DNA of 64,000 nt from an uncultured Verrucomicrobiae bacterium (GTDB taxonomy: Bacteria; Verrucomicrobiota; Verrucomicrobiia; Chthoniobacterales; UBA10450): the NCBI GenBank assembly GCA_963801815.1, contig CAWDGJ010000002.1, positions 1-64,000 of the forward strand, read 5' to 3'. Positions within the stretch are counted from its first letter, which is position 1. Every line of letters begins with the position of its first letter. The notes beneath the pieces are model-generated. The model saw nothing but the letters and a program-made list of their open reading frames with translations. It did no database searches and had not been told where the DNA came from. This document shows, in pieces, positions 43,047 to 53,108 of the stretch. The position numbers and the translations under genes were made by a program.

Positions 43047-43397
43047 ATGAAACATCGCATGCTGCGGGTCAACGAAGTCGTCAAACGGGAACTAAGCGGG
43101 ATCCTCACCCGCGAGATTACATTCGAAGGCGCGCTGGTCACTATTAATCACGTCGAAGTCACTTCGGATCTAAAAAACGCGCACGTCTTTTTCAGCGTGC
43201 TTGGATCAGCAACCGGAGAGAGCATAATGAAAAAACTCGAGGAGCACCGCCCCGCTTTTCAATCCGAACTGGCGCGCCGTGTAACCATGAAATTCACGCC
43301 TCATTTAGTTTTTCACCACGACGAATCGATCGCGCGCGGTTCGCGGATCGTCGAAATATTGCAGCAGATCGACAGCGACAACGGAAAAAAAGGGTGA
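43047..43397 (+). CDS. rbfA: ribosome-binding factor A
   Basis: RMLRVNEVVKRELS...VEVTSDLKNAHVF...KFTPHLVFHHDESI; follows infB. Confidence 0.95.
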   Translation: MKHRMLRVNEVVKRELSGILTREITFEGALVTINHVEVTSDLKNAHVFFSVLGSATGESIMKKLEEHRPAFQSELARRVTMKFTPHLVFHHDESIARGSRIVEILQQIDSDNGKKG

Positions 43398-44374
43398 GCA
43401 CGGCCAAGTTCGAGCAAATCGGCCAGGCTTTGCGAGAACATCAAACGTTCGCCGTGCTGAGCCATGTTCGGCCGGACGGCGACGCGCTCGGCAGCCAGCT
43501 CGCACTCGGGCTTTCCTTGCGACAACTCGGGAAAGATGTGCGCATGTGGAACGAAGACGGCATGCTGGAGAAATACAGCTTTCTTCCCAATGCGAAGTTG
43601 CTGACGAAACCTCCGGCCGGACCACAGGATTTTGATGTGGCAATCGCCCTCGACACCGCGATTCAAAATCGCCTCGGCGCAACGGTCGCGGCGATTAAGT
43701 CGGCGAAACTTTGGATCAACATCGATCATCACCCAAGCAATCCGGGTTATGGCGACCTCGTTTATATCGATCCGAACGCGCCGGCGACCGGACAGATTCT
43801 TTTCGAAATAATCAAGACGCAGAAATTGCCGATCGATCCCGGAATCGCAGAAAATCTTTACGTCGCGATTTCGACTGACACCGGCTCGTTTCAATATCCA
43901 AACACCACCGCGCGGACATTCGAGATTGCAGCGGAACTCGTTCGGGCCGGGGTCGATGTTGGCCGCGTGAGCCAATCGACCTACGAAAATTATCCGCGAC
44001 GGCGAGTGGAACTCTTGCGCGATCTTCTCGGCACGATGCGTTTTTATGCGAATAATCGCGTCGCAAGTTTTAGTTTGAGCCTCGCCACGGCGAAAAAACT
44101 TGAGGTATTGCCAGAAGACAACGAAGGGCTCATCGATCACCTGCGTGCGATCCGCGGCGTGATCGTCGCGATATTCTTCGAAGAACTGACCGATGGAAAA
44201 GTGCGCGTGAGCATGCGTTCCAAGAACGACAAAGTGAATGTCTGCACGATCTGCGAAAAGTTTGGCGGTGGCGGGCACGTTCTCGCCGCTGGCGCACGCG
44301 TTCGCGGATCGCTCGCAGACGTAGAAAAGAAGATTTTGGAGGAAGTGTGTGACGTCGTTAGCCGCGTCTCTTGA
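43394..44374 (+). CDS. nrnA: DHH-family nanoRNase/pAp phosphatase
   Basis: HVRPDGDALGS, NIDHH, TDTGSF, VSMRS, GGGGHVLAAG. Confidence 0.9.
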   Translation: MSTAKFEQIGQALREHQTFAVLSHVRPDGDALGSQLALGLSLRQLGKDVRMWNEDGMLEKYSFLPNAKLLTKPPAGPQDFDVAIALDTAIQNRLGATVAAIKSAKLWINIDHHPSNPGYGDLVYIDPNAPATGQILFEIIKTQKLPIDPGIAENLYVAISTDTGSFQYPNTTARTFEIAAELVRAGVDVGRVSQSTYENYPRRRVELLRDLLGTMRFYANNRVASFSLSLATAKKLEVLPEDNEGLIDHLRAIRGVIVAIFFEELTDGKVRVSMRSKNDKVNVCTICEKFGGGGHVLAAGARVRGSLADVEKKILEEVCDVVSRVS

Positions 44375-45074
44375 CGGCGTTCTTCTGGTAGACAAAGCCG
44401 AGGCCATGACTTCGCATGACGTGGTTGCGCTCGTGCGTCGACAGCTCGGAATCAAAAAAGTGGGTCATTGCGGAACCCTCGATCCGATCGCAACCGGCTT
44501 GCTTTTGATAACGATCGGCCGCGGGACAAAAGTTCAGGATTTGCTAATGAGCGAGGACAAGGAATACGTCGGGACGCTTACGCTTGGCGCGAGCACGACC
44601 ACCCAAGATCGACAAGGAGAGATCGTTGAGACAAAACCGGTGCCGGAGTTGAGCGAAAACGAAATCCGGTCCGCGTTCGATAAATTCCGCGGCGATTTTT
44701 ATCAAACACCGCCAATGGTCTCTGCCAAAAAACATGGCGGCGTCCCGCTCTACAAACTTGCACGGCAGGGCAAAGTGGTCGAACGCGAGCCGCGTTTCGT
44801 TCACGTTTATCGCCACACGATCGATCGCATTGCGCTGCCAGACGTTGATTTCAGCGTTGTGTGCAGCAAAGGGTTTTATGTTCGCACTTACGCGCACGAC
44901 ATCGGCACCGAGCTCGGGTGCGGTGCGCACTTGAAAGCATTGCGACGAACAAAATCAGGCCGGTTCGACGTGGGTGACGCAATCACCGTCGAGCAGATCA
45001 AAAATTTGCCGCGCGACCAAGTGGCGAGCAAAATCCTCTCGCTCCCGCAAGTTTCTCGAATGCGCGGAGCCTGA
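44349..45074 (+). CDS. truB: tRNA pseudouridine(55) synthase
   Basis: DKAEAMTSHDVV, KVGHCGTLDPIATGLL, PPMVSAKK, CSKGFYVRT. Confidence 0.95.
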   Translation: MTSLAASLDGVLLVDKAEAMTSHDVVALVRRQLGIKKVGHCGTLDPIATGLLLITIGRGTKVQDLLMSEDKEYVGTLTLGASTTTQDRQGEIVETKPVPELSENEIRSAFDKFRGDFYQTPPMVSAKKHGGVPLYKLARQGKVVEREPRFVHVYRHTIDRIALPDVDFSVVCSKGFYVRTYAHDIGTELGCGAHLKALRRTKSGRFDVGDAITVEQIKNLPRDQVASKILSLPQVSRMRGA

Positions 45075-45076
45075 CC

Positions 45077-45228
45077 CGAAGCACGAAACTCGATATCGAA
45101 ATCCGAAACAAATTGTAATGACCCGAATTCAAAATCACAGATCGAAAGTGGCAACACCCGTTCGAAAGATTCGAGTTTTCGATTTCCTTCTTGTTTCGAA
45201 ATTCGGATTTCGGATTTCGGATTTCTAA
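45077..45228. repeat. intergenic inverted heptamer arrays (CGAAATC-like / TTCGGAT)n
   Basis: CGAAACTCGATATCGAAATCCGAAACAA ... TTGTTTCGAAATTCGGATTTCGGATTTCGGATTTC. Confidence 0.75.
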
Positions 45229-45231
45229 TCC

Positions 45232-46161
45232 ATGGAAATCCTCCGCTCCATCCCTGAACTCTCGCGCTTGGATGGTCCACTGTTTCTCGCGATCGGAGTG
45301 TTCGATGGAGTTCATCGCGGACATCAGGCCGTCATTTCAATCTCGGCGGATCACGCCCGGGCCGCCAACGGAACGCCTGTTGTCGTCACTTTTGATCCGC
45401 ATCCGGAAAAAGTTTTGAGACTGAAATCGGCGCCTCGTCTGCTGAGCGCGACGCAACATAAAATCGCGTTAATCCGCGCCCTCGGCGTCGCCCATCTCCT
45501 TATCATCACATTCGACAAACAATTTGCCGCAACCGAACCCGAAGACTTCGTTCAGCAGCTGGTCGCGCATTCGAAACCGCTGCGCGAAATCTGCGTCGGC
45601 CATGAATGGTCGTTTGGTAAAAATCGCCGGGGCAATCTTGATCTTCTCAAAAAACTTGGAGCGAAATTCAACTTCGAAGTCGTCGGAGTTCCACCGATAA
45701 AGGCAAACGACGAAGTGGTGAGCAGCACGGCGATTCGTGATGCGATTGACCGCGGTGATTTTGCGAAAGCTGCCGCGATGCTCGGACGCGAATACACGAT
45801 TTTGGGAACAGTGACGCACGGCGATAATCTCGGGAAGAAAATCGGATTCCCGACTGCGAACCTGAGCGCGCACAACGAGCAGTTTCCGCCGAACGGCGTT
45901 TACGCAGCGGCGGCTCGCCTCAGCGATGGTGTGCATCTTGGCGTCGTGAATCTCGGCGTTCGGCCGACAGTCACGAGCGACAGATCCGAGCGCGTGCTTG
46001 AGATTCATTTGTTCGATTTCGATCGCGACATCTACGGTCGCGATGTTGAGGTCCGCTTCGTGAAATATCTTCGACCGGAGCAGAAATTCGAAAACGTCGA
46101 TGCACTCGTCGCCCAAATCCGGCGCGATGCCGACCAGGCGCGCGAACTGTTCCGCGGTTAG
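45232..46161 (+). CDS. ribF: bifunctional riboflavin kinase/FAD synthetase
   Basis: IGVFDGVHRGHQ, TFDPHP, VSSTAIR, GFPTANL, NLGVRPT, LEIHLFDF, LRPEQKF. Confidence 0.96.
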   Translation: MEILRSIPELSRLDGPLFLAIGVFDGVHRGHQAVISISADHARAANGTPVVVTFDPHPEKVLRLKSAPRLLSATQHKIALIRALGVAHLLIITFDKQFAATEPEDFVQQLVAHSKPLREICVGHEWSFGKNRRGNLDLLKKLGAKFNFEVVGVPPIKANDEVVSSTAIRDAIDRGDFAKAAAMLGREYTILGTVTHGDNLGKKIGFPTANLSAHNEQFPPNGVYAAAARLSDGVHLGVVNLGVRPTVTSDRSERVLEIHLFDFDRDIYGRDVEVRFVKYLRPEQKFENVDALVAQIRRDADQARELFRG

Positions 46162-46171
46162 CTGCCGCGAA

Positions 46172-46375
46172 TTAGCGCTTGGGTCTTTTTCGGCGACGCG
46201 CCGATGAAACAGTGATCTTCGTGGGCTGATCACTTTCGCGCTGGGGGATCCCAAATCTTTTTTGAACGCGCAACATTTCGCGATCGATCTCCTGGATCTG
46301 CGCCATCAACGCTTCCTTTCGTTCAGAGAGCCGAACCAATTCCTTCAAACTCGCGCTCGGAATATTTCGCAGCAT
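46172..46375 (-). CDS. small basic coiled-coil hypothetical protein
   Basis: MLRNIPSASLKELVRLSERKEALMAQIQEIDREM...SSARRRKRPKR; AGGG before ATG 46375. Confidence 0.55.
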   Translation of the reverse strand: MLRNIPSASLKELVRLSERKEALMAQIQEIDREMLRVQKRFGIPQRESDQPTKITVSSARRRKRPKR

Positions 46376-46421
46376 TTCCCTATTTTGACCTTCAAAATCG
46401 ACAATGTAAACCGGCACTGGA

Positions 46422-46763
46422 CTATGGTTGAATCTGATGCGTCTTATACATCGCGGCGAAAATGCCCCCGGCCATGACGAGCATGCCGCTAGCCAATGCA
46501 AATGCCACCACCCATACCGTCGGGATCGTTGTTAACCGGAACATCTCGACCAAAATAAAACGGCCGCCGTCAGACAAAACGTAAGTAAGCGCGCTGGCGA
46601 GCGCGCTCATGGCCACGAGAATGAACGAGCGTAAAAATTCCATTCTCCGCATCGGCGCCGGAAGTTGTTGCAAGACTCGCGCGGTGAAGCCGTCGTCTTC
46701 GATGTAGGGTGCGGCTTCCTGCAGCTTTCGGTCCAGCCAATCGTCTTGAATCTCCACGCTCAT
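46422..46763 (-). CDS. putative membrane anti-sigma factor (DUF5056-like)
   Basis: DDWLD..L...YIEDDGFTARVLQQLP plus two TMs, directly after an ECF sigma gene. Confidence 0.7.
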   Translation of the reverse strand: MSVEIQDDWLDRKLQEAAPYIEDDGFTARVLQQLPAPMRRMEFLRSFILVAMSALASALTYVLSDGGRFILVEMFRLTTIPTVWVVAFALASGMLVMAGGIFAAMYKTHQIQP

Positions 46764-46764
46764 T

Positions 46765-47298
46765 TCAATTCGCCCACGCCGCTAAGGTCTTCTTCAATTT
46801 TTCGCGTCCGCGCAACACATTGGTCTTAACTGTTCCCAACGGAATATCGAGCACGCGCGATGCCTCATCATGCGATAAACCGTTCTGGCAGCAAAGCAAA
46901 ACTGCCGATCGCTCGTGCAACGGCAGTAAGTTCAGCGCATGCATAAGATCGTGTCTCAGTCCGGGATCGACAGTTTGCGGGTCCTGTTCGGCCTGCCATT
47001 GCTCTTCATTAATCCCGACGAGCTCCTTTCTTTTGCGAGCGTCTTCGCGAAAACAGTTGTAGGCGATTCGATAAAGCCAGGTGGAAAACTTCGCTTCGCC
47101 GCGAAAGCTGCGAATATTTTTGTAAGCCCGAATGAAAGCGTCTTGCGCCAAGTCATCGGCCAGGGCGATATCACCGCGGGTAAGCTGCCGCAATAAACCG
47201 CGGACGCTCGATTGGTGCCGACGGACCAGCTCGCCATAGGCGTGCTGGTCGTCATCGGCAAGAACTCGAGCGATGAGGTCGACATCGGTTAGCTCCAC
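46765..47298 (-). CDS. ECF RNA polymerase sigma factor
   Basis: AYGELVRRHQ, ADDLAQDAFIRAY, FSTWLYRIAYN, LSHDEAS..L.IPLGTVKT. Confidence 0.92.
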   Translation of the reverse strand: MELTDVDLIARVLADDDQHAYGELVRRHQSSVRGLLRQLTRGDIALADDLAQDAFIRAYKNIRSFRGEAKFSTWLYRIAYNCFREDARKRKELVGINEEQWQAEQDPQTVDPGLRHDLMHALNLLPLHERSAVLLCCQNGLSHDEASRVLDIPLGTVKTNVLRGREKLKKTLAAWAN

Positions 47299-47307
47299 AT
47301 CCGGAGA

Positions 47308-47955
47308 TTAAGAGGTTGGAGGCGGCGGCGGAATCTCGTTCTTCTTTTCGCCTTCCAGTTTCCAGACCAGGAGATAACCCAGCCCGATCACGAACGGAAT
47401 CACTCCGATTGCCCAGGCGCCACCTTCCCAGTCATTCCACGCGCCGAAGCAAACCATCAAGCCGATGCCCACCATCACCAGGACAATGCCGCGTCGCATA
47501 TCGTGGCGCTGGCGCACAGCCGGTGTCGGGGGCGCAAGCAATGCTGCTGGGATCGGTTGACCTTTTTCAGCCAGCATCCGGACCGTGCGGTGCTGCATTC
47601 GGGATTTTGAAAACCCGAAATACATGATGAACGCAACGATCAGCACCGGCGCGCCAAAGATCGTGAACATGGTGATTGCCACGATCGGAATAACGAAGTC
47701 GGGGATATCTTCCGACTTGAGATCTATGTCTTTACCGTTGTCTCCGTCGATCACGAATCCGTGATGACCTTTGAGCTTTTTCTCGATCCGTTGATGGATC
47801 CTGTCCGCCAAATCCCGGGCGGGCGACGCGGAGGCGGCCACCGAGGCGGTCGCACTTGGCGAAGCAGGCGGCGGCGGGCTCGGAGGCGTCTGAGCCACGG
47901 CCGCAAGCGCTACCGCGAGTGAACACATGCAGAGAGTTAATGTTTTCATTTTCAT
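47308..47955 (-). CDS. membrane protein, DUF6249-like
   Basis: Signal peptide, TM, HRTVRMLAEKGQPIP, DMRRGIVLVMVGIGL, IPFVIGLGYLLVW; first gene of the ECF operon. Confidence 0.7.
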   Translation of the reverse strand: MKMKTLTLCMCSLAVALAAVAQTPPSPPPPASPSATASVAASASPARDLADRIHQRIEKKLKGHHGFVIDGDNGKDIDLKSEDIPDFVIPIVAITMFTIFGAPVLIVAFIMYFGFSKSRMQHRTVRMLAEKGQPIPAALLAPPTPAVRQRHDMRRGIVLVMVGIGLMVCFGAWNDWEGGAWAIGVIPFVIGLGYLLVWKLEGEKKNEIPPPPPTS

Positions 47956-47967
47956 CCTTTGGTAGTG

Positions 47968-47996
47968 AGATGCAGTCCGACCCGGTTTTGGATTCA
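47968..47996 (-). promoter_or_regulatory. candidate autoregulated ECF promoter
   Basis: TGAATC-N18-CATCT on the minus strand just upstream of ATG 47955. Confidence 0.45.
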
Positions 47997-48079
47997 GTTT
48001 TTAGGAAATACCTCTGAAACTGACAACTAAAAGGTTGCAGCCGGGAGCCCCCTCGCCATTATTTCTACCCCTCAACGAC

Positions 48080-48153
<74 letters not shown>

Positions 48154-48154
<1 letters not shown>

Positions 48155-49605
48155 TGCCTTCTCTGGACATAACGCCCACGCGCGACGAGTTCCGCGACCT
48201 CGCCAAACGTGGCAATCTTGTCCCGTTAGTTGTCGATCTTGTCGCCGACGTAGAGACGCCGGTCTCCGCCTTCGCCAAGATCGATACCGGCGAGCCGTGC
48301 TTTCTCTTTGAATCGGCCGAGCGCAACGAAGAGCTCGGGCGGTTCTCATTCATCGGGTTCGATCCGCTCGTAGTTTTGAACAGCACCGACACCAAAGGCG
48401 ATCCGTTAACGCGCCTTCAACAAACGCTGGCCCATTTCAAATTCGTCGCTCCTCCCGGAGTTCCGCACTTTGTTGGCGGCGCGGTTGGTTACATCGGCTA
48501 CGACGTCGTCCGTTTCTTCGAACCGACGGTTCCAATCCATCCGCGCGACGATCTGAAAATTCCCGAGATGGTTTTCATGATTCCGCGCTTGTTGCTCGTG
48601 TTCGATCACCGTTTTCGAAAACTTTGCCTGATCTGCAACGCGCATATCGATGGCAAACGTTCGGTTGATCAGGCCTACGATCGTGCGGCTGCGGATTTGA
48701 AAAACGCGATGGCGCGGTTGAGCGAGCAGCGCGCACTCCAGCCGATCGACGCGAAGTCGCCGGCACATTTCCCCTCGCCCGCGAGCAACACCGCTCGCAC
48801 TGAATTCGAATCGATGGTTGTGAAAGCAAAGGAGCTGATCGCGGCGGGCGACATCTTCCAAGTGGTTTTGTCGCAGCGCTTCGAAACAGATTTCAATGGT
48901 GAGCCGCTCGATCTCTACCGCGCGCTTCGGTTCGGCAACCCATCGCCCTACATGTTTTGTTTACGATTTAGTCGCGACTTCACCGTTCTTGGAAGTTCGC
49001 CCGAAGTTCATCTGCGCGTACGCGACCGGATTGCCGAGCTACGTCCGATCGCCGGGACTTATCCGCGCGGAAAAGATGCGGCCGAAGATGAGCGGCTCGC
49101 ACGCGAGTTGATTGCCGATCCGAAGGAACGCGCCGAGCACGTGATGTTGATCGACCTCGGCCGGAACGATCTCGGCCGCGTCGCGGAGTTCGGCACCGTC
49201 AAAGTGACCGAACAAATGGTGATCGAACGCTACAGTCACGTGATGCACATCGTTTCGCATATCGTCGCGCGTTTGCGTGAGGATAGAGATGCATTCGACG
49301 CGATCCGCGCAACATTTCCCGCCGGAACGGTCTCGGGCGCACCAAAAATCCGGGCGACGCAAATTATTGCCGAACTGGAAAAAGCGCGGCGCGGATTCTA
49401 CGCCGGCATTGTCGGGCACTTCGGATTCGACGGATCACACGACAGTTGCATCGCGATCCGCTCGATTGTTTTGAAAAACAAAAAAGCTTATTTGCAAACC
49501 GGTGCGGGAATTGTGGCGGACTCCGACCCAGCGCGCGAATTTGACGAGTGCACGAACAAGGCGAAAGCGATGCTCGCCGCGATAGCGCGCGCGACGAACA
49601 AATGA
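48154..49605 (+). CDS. trpE: anthranilate synthase component I
   Basis: [75 protein letters not shown] 48154 shares the A of the tRNA CCA. Confidence 0.93.
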
Positions 49606-50171
49606 AACTGCTCGTGATCGATAACTACGATTCGTTCACCTACAATCTCGTCCAGCTTTTCGGCGAGCTCGGGGACGTCGAACTGGTGGTAAAGCGAAAT
49701 GACGACATTACGGTCGATGACGTCGAAAAGCTTAAGCCAGATCGCATTTGCATTTCACCGGGACCAGGCCGCCCGGAAAATGCCGGCATTAGCTCACAGC
49801 TAGTTCGTGAATTCGGGCCGGACGTTCCAATTCTCGGCGTTTGTCTCGGTCACCAATGCATCGCGCAAGTTTTCGGTGGCGAAGTTGTCCGCGCGGAAAA
49901 ATTGATGCATGGCAAAACGTCGCAGATTCATCATCAAAATCGCGGCGTGTTCAAGAATTTGGCCGAACCGCTGGAAGCGACGCGTTACCATTCGCTGATC
50001 GTGAAACGCGAATCGGTTCCCGATTCGCTCGAGATCACAGCGGAGACTGACGACGGTGAGATCATGGGACTACAGCATCGACAACTCCCAATTCACGGCG
50101 TCCAGTTTCATCCAGAATCAATCCTGACAACCGAAGGCCGCAAGTTGCTCGCGAATTTTTTGCGGATTTAA
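49602..50171 (+). CDS. trpG: anthranilate synthase component II (glutamine amidotransferase; TrpG/PabA)
   Basis: [43 protein letters not shown] overlap with trpE. Confidence 0.93.
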   Translation: MKLLVIDNYDSFTYNLVQLFGELGDVELVVKRNDDITVDDVEKLKPDRICISPGPGRPENAGISSQLVREFGPDVPILGVCLGHQCIAQVFGGEVVRAEKLMHGKTSQIHHQNRGVFKNLAEPLEATRYHSLIVKRESVPDSLEITAETDDGEIMGLQHRQLPIHGVQFHPESILTTEGRKLLANFLRI

Positions 50172-51190
50172 GCCGCACGGTTGCGCGCGATCACGTCGTG
50201 GATTTGCCGGACTTCGCGCACCATTTGCTCGTACTCGTCGAACATCAACGACTGTGCGCCATCGGAAAGCGCTTCTTCCGGCCGCCCATGCACCTCGATC
50301 ATCAATCCATCAGCGCCGACGGCAACGCCAGCACGAGCTAGCGGCGTAACCATATAACTGCGGCCGGTCCCGTGGGCCGCATCAACGATCACCGGCAAAT
50401 GCGAGATTTTGCGAACTGCCGGGACGGCGGCGAGATCGAGAGTGTTTCGCGTGTGTTGAGCAAACGTGCGCACGCCGCGCTCGCACAATACGATGTTGTA
50501 ATTGCCTTCGGCCATGATGTATTCGGCCGCGAGCAGCCACTCTTCCAGCGTCGCGGCCATTCCACGTTTCAACAGTACCGGCAATTTCGAACGGCCGACC
50601 CGTCGCAGCAGCGTGAAGTTTTGCATGTTGCGCGCGCCGATCTGGATCATGTCGGCGTATTTTTCGACGAGATCCACATTCCCTTCGTCGAGCGCTTCGC
50701 TCACGATCTTCAAACCAAATTCCTTGCGAATGTCGGCCAGGATCTTCAACGCGGCCCCGCCCAATCCGGAAAAAGCGTAAGGCGAAGTGCGCGGCTTGAA
50801 TGCGCCGCCGCGGAAAAATCTTGCGCCGCTGCGCTGAACTACATCCGCGATGGCAAACGCCTGCTTGCTGTTCTCGATCGCGCATGGCCCGGCAATGATG
50901 GCGAGCGAGCCGTCACCGATCCGGGCACCATCACCAAGATCAACAACGGTCCGCTCGGGCCGCATATCGAGCGTTATCAATTTGTACGGCTTGGTGACAC
51001 GGATTGCTTCCGAAACGCCAGGAAGATTTTCGAAGCGCGAAAGATCGACCGGGCCCTGGTTGCCGGTCACGCCGATCGCAGTCCGGTTCGCACCGGGCAT
51101 GACGTGCGCACGGAAACCGAGCGACTCGACCACGCGAACGACGTTGTCGATCTCGGCTTTGCCCGCATGGGCAGTCATTACAATGAGCAT
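50168..51190 (-). CDS. aroF: DAHP synthase, class I-beta with N-terminal regulatory domain
   Basis: [52 protein letters not shown]. Confidence 0.93.
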   Translation of the reverse strand: MLIVMTAHAGKAEIDNVVRVVESLGFRAHVMPGANRTAIGVTGNQGPVDLSRFENLPGVSEAIRVTKPYKLITLDMRPERTVVDLGDGARIGDGSLAIIAGPCAIENSKQAFAIADVVQRSGARFFRGGAFKPRTSPYAFSGLGGAALKILADIRKEFGLKIVSEALDEGNVDLVEKYADMIQIGARNMQNFTLLRRVGRSKLPVLLKRGMAATLEEWLLAAEYIMAEGNYNIVLCERGVRTFAQHTRNTLDLAAVPAVRKISHLPVIVDAAHGTGRSYMVTPLARAGVAVGADGLMIEVHGRPEEALSDGAQSLMFDEYEQMVREVRQIHDVIARNRAA

Positions 51191-51238
51191 GGCGTGAAAA
51201 GGCGTTTACTTACCCGGAATTATACCCTCCGGTCAAAT

Positions 51239-52192
51239 TTAACCCACGTTTTTGACTTTCGGTCCGAGCAAAATCGGCGGGAGCGCACGCTCGATCTCGG
51301 GCCGGTGTTGCTCGTATTGCGGCGGTAGTTTCAACGTCTCGCCGAGATGTTGGACCGGTTCGTCCACGGTGAAACCGGGACCCTCTGTGGCGATTTCAAA
51401 TAAAATCCCGCCTGGCTCACGGAAATAAATCGAATGAAAATAAAACCGATCGACCACCGGCGTGACATGCAGGCCACGAGCAACGATTTGTTCGCGCCAA
51501 TGCACTTGTTCCAACTCGTCGGCGCAGCGAAACGCAATGTGATGCACGGTACCGGCGGAGTTGACGCCGAATTGTCCATCCGGGCGCTCGACCAAATCAA
51601 CCCAGGCACTGGTCGATTTTGAATTCACCGAAAACCGTTTTCGCGCCGCTTGTTCAGCAATTAGCTCGAAACCGAGGTGCGCCAAAACACTCTCGGTCTT
51701 CTTCGCGTGCTGAACTTCGAGCGTCGGCGAGTGAAATCCATGAATCGCGAATTTCTTGGGTACGTCGCTTTCATATTTAAGATCGACGTCGTCCAGTTGG
51801 TCGGACTCAATCAGCTCGAGTATCAGACCATCCGGATCGGTAAGGCGGACGGCCGAGTGATCAAAGCGCGTCGGAAGCTGTTCGTGAAAAACGTGATGCT
51901 CGTCAAAACGCGCTTTCCAATAATCGAGCGAATTCTTCGGCACTGCGAAACTCGCTGCGATGACTTGTCCGGTGCCGCGCGTTCCTCGACGCGCGCCCGG
52001 CCACGCGAAAAACGTGATGGCCGTTCCCGGCCGGCCTGTTCGATCACCGTAATAAAGATGATAAGTCGACGGATCGTCGAAGTTCACAGTGCGCTTGGCG
52101 AAACGCAGACCGAGGACTTGAGTATAAAAATCGACGTTGCGCTGCGGATCGCTCGCGATGGCGGTAATATGGTGAATGCCACGCAGTTTCAC
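51239..52192 (-). CDS. ring-cleaving dioxygenase (VOC/glyoxalase, MhqA/O-like)
   Basis: GIHHITAIA, KRTVNFDDPSTYHLYYG, GTVHHIAFR, DRFYFHSIYFREPGGILFEIATEGPGF. Confidence 0.9.
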   Translation of the reverse strand: MKLRGIHHITAIASDPQRNVDFYTQVLGLRFAKRTVNFDDPSTYHLYYGDRTGRPGTAITFFAWPGARRGTRGTGQVIAASFAVPKNSLDYWKARFDEHHVFHEQLPTRFDHSAVRLTDPDGLILELIESDQLDDVDLKYESDVPKKFAIHGFHSPTLEVQHAKKTESVLAHLGFELIAEQAARKRFSVNSKSTSAWVDLVERPDGQFGVNSAGTVHHIAFRCADELEQVHWREQIVARGLHVTPVVDRFYFHSIYFREPGGILFEIATEGPGFTVDEPVQHLGETLKLPPQYEQHRPEIERALPPILLGPKVKNVG

Positions 52193-52247
52193 TGAACGAG
52201 AAGCTAACAGTTTCTCTATTAATTTGGGAAGCTAACTACAGTCACGC

Positions 52248-53036
52248 ATGTATTTGTGGCGAAAATCGGCGAGCGAGAAATGGTGGAGTGCTAACGAATT
52301 ACGGTTGCGCGCGATCGCTGGTGATCAGTTGGCTGTCATCGAACGACCGCACTACAAACAATTGCAGCTGGAAATTGGGTCGAATCGGCACACAGAGTTG
52401 CAAAACATCGCGAAGGAATTCGGTGGCCACGTTGAGAAACTGTCGCGCGATTGGCTCAAGCGCGCGCTTCGTCGTAAAACGAAACCGATCAAAGTTGGAA
52501 ACCAACGTTTAACCATCCCCGCGGGCGCGGCTTTCGGGACCGGAGAACACGCGACAACGACGATGTGCCTGCGATTTCTCGGAAAACTGACACGCAATTG
52601 GGACCACGGCTGGTCGATTCTCGACATTGGGACGGGCAGCGGCATCCTCACGCTGGCGGCGAAACTTCTCGGCGCGAAGAACGCGATCGGAATCGACAAC
52701 GATCCGATTGCAATTCGTACCGCGAGACAGAACGCGCAGTTGAACAAGATTCACGGAGTCGAATTTCGCGTAAGTGACATTCGCGATTGGGAGCGTGGCA
52801 AGAGAACCCTTCGCCAAGACTCCGTCGCCCAAGCCGACATTATCACGGCGAATCTCTTCAGCGAATTGCTAATCAAAATTCTGCCGGCGCTGACCTCTGC
52901 GCGTTGGCTGATTCTCTCAGGAATTCTGCGATTACAGGAACGCGAACTGAGGCGCACTCTCGCTCGAAGCAAGATCGACGTCGTCGAGGTGCGCCGGAGT
53001 GGAAAGTGGGTTGCGATGCTGACCCGCCGCAGGTAG
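52248..53036 (+). CDS. prmA: ribosomal protein L11 methyltransferase
   Basis: AFGTGEHATT, LDIGTGSGIL, IDNDP, ANL, LILSGIL. Confidence 0.85.
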   Translation: MYLWRKSASEKWWSANELRLRAIAGDQLAVIERPHYKQLQLEIGSNRHTELQNIAKEFGGHVEKLSRDWLKRALRRKTKPIKVGNQRLTIPAGAAFGTGEHATTTMCLRFLGKLTRNWDHGWSILDIGTGSGILTLAAKLLGAKNAIGIDNDPIAIRTARQNAQLNKIHGVEFRVSDIRDWERGKRTLRQDSVAQADIITANLFSELLIKILPALTSARWLILSGILRLQERELRRTLARSKIDVVEVRRSGKWVAMLTRRR

Positions 53037-53108
53037 GTTCGCCCCCCTTAGCGGCTACGGTTTTCTGCATTAACGCGGTTTAAATCATAAGCCGCGGGTA
53101 AAATCCAA

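Noticed and set aside
52790..52835. Short in-frame insertion in prmA (RGKRTLRQDSVAQ) as a repeat remnant
   Set aside because: Resemblance to REP-like arms is too weak to support without an alignment
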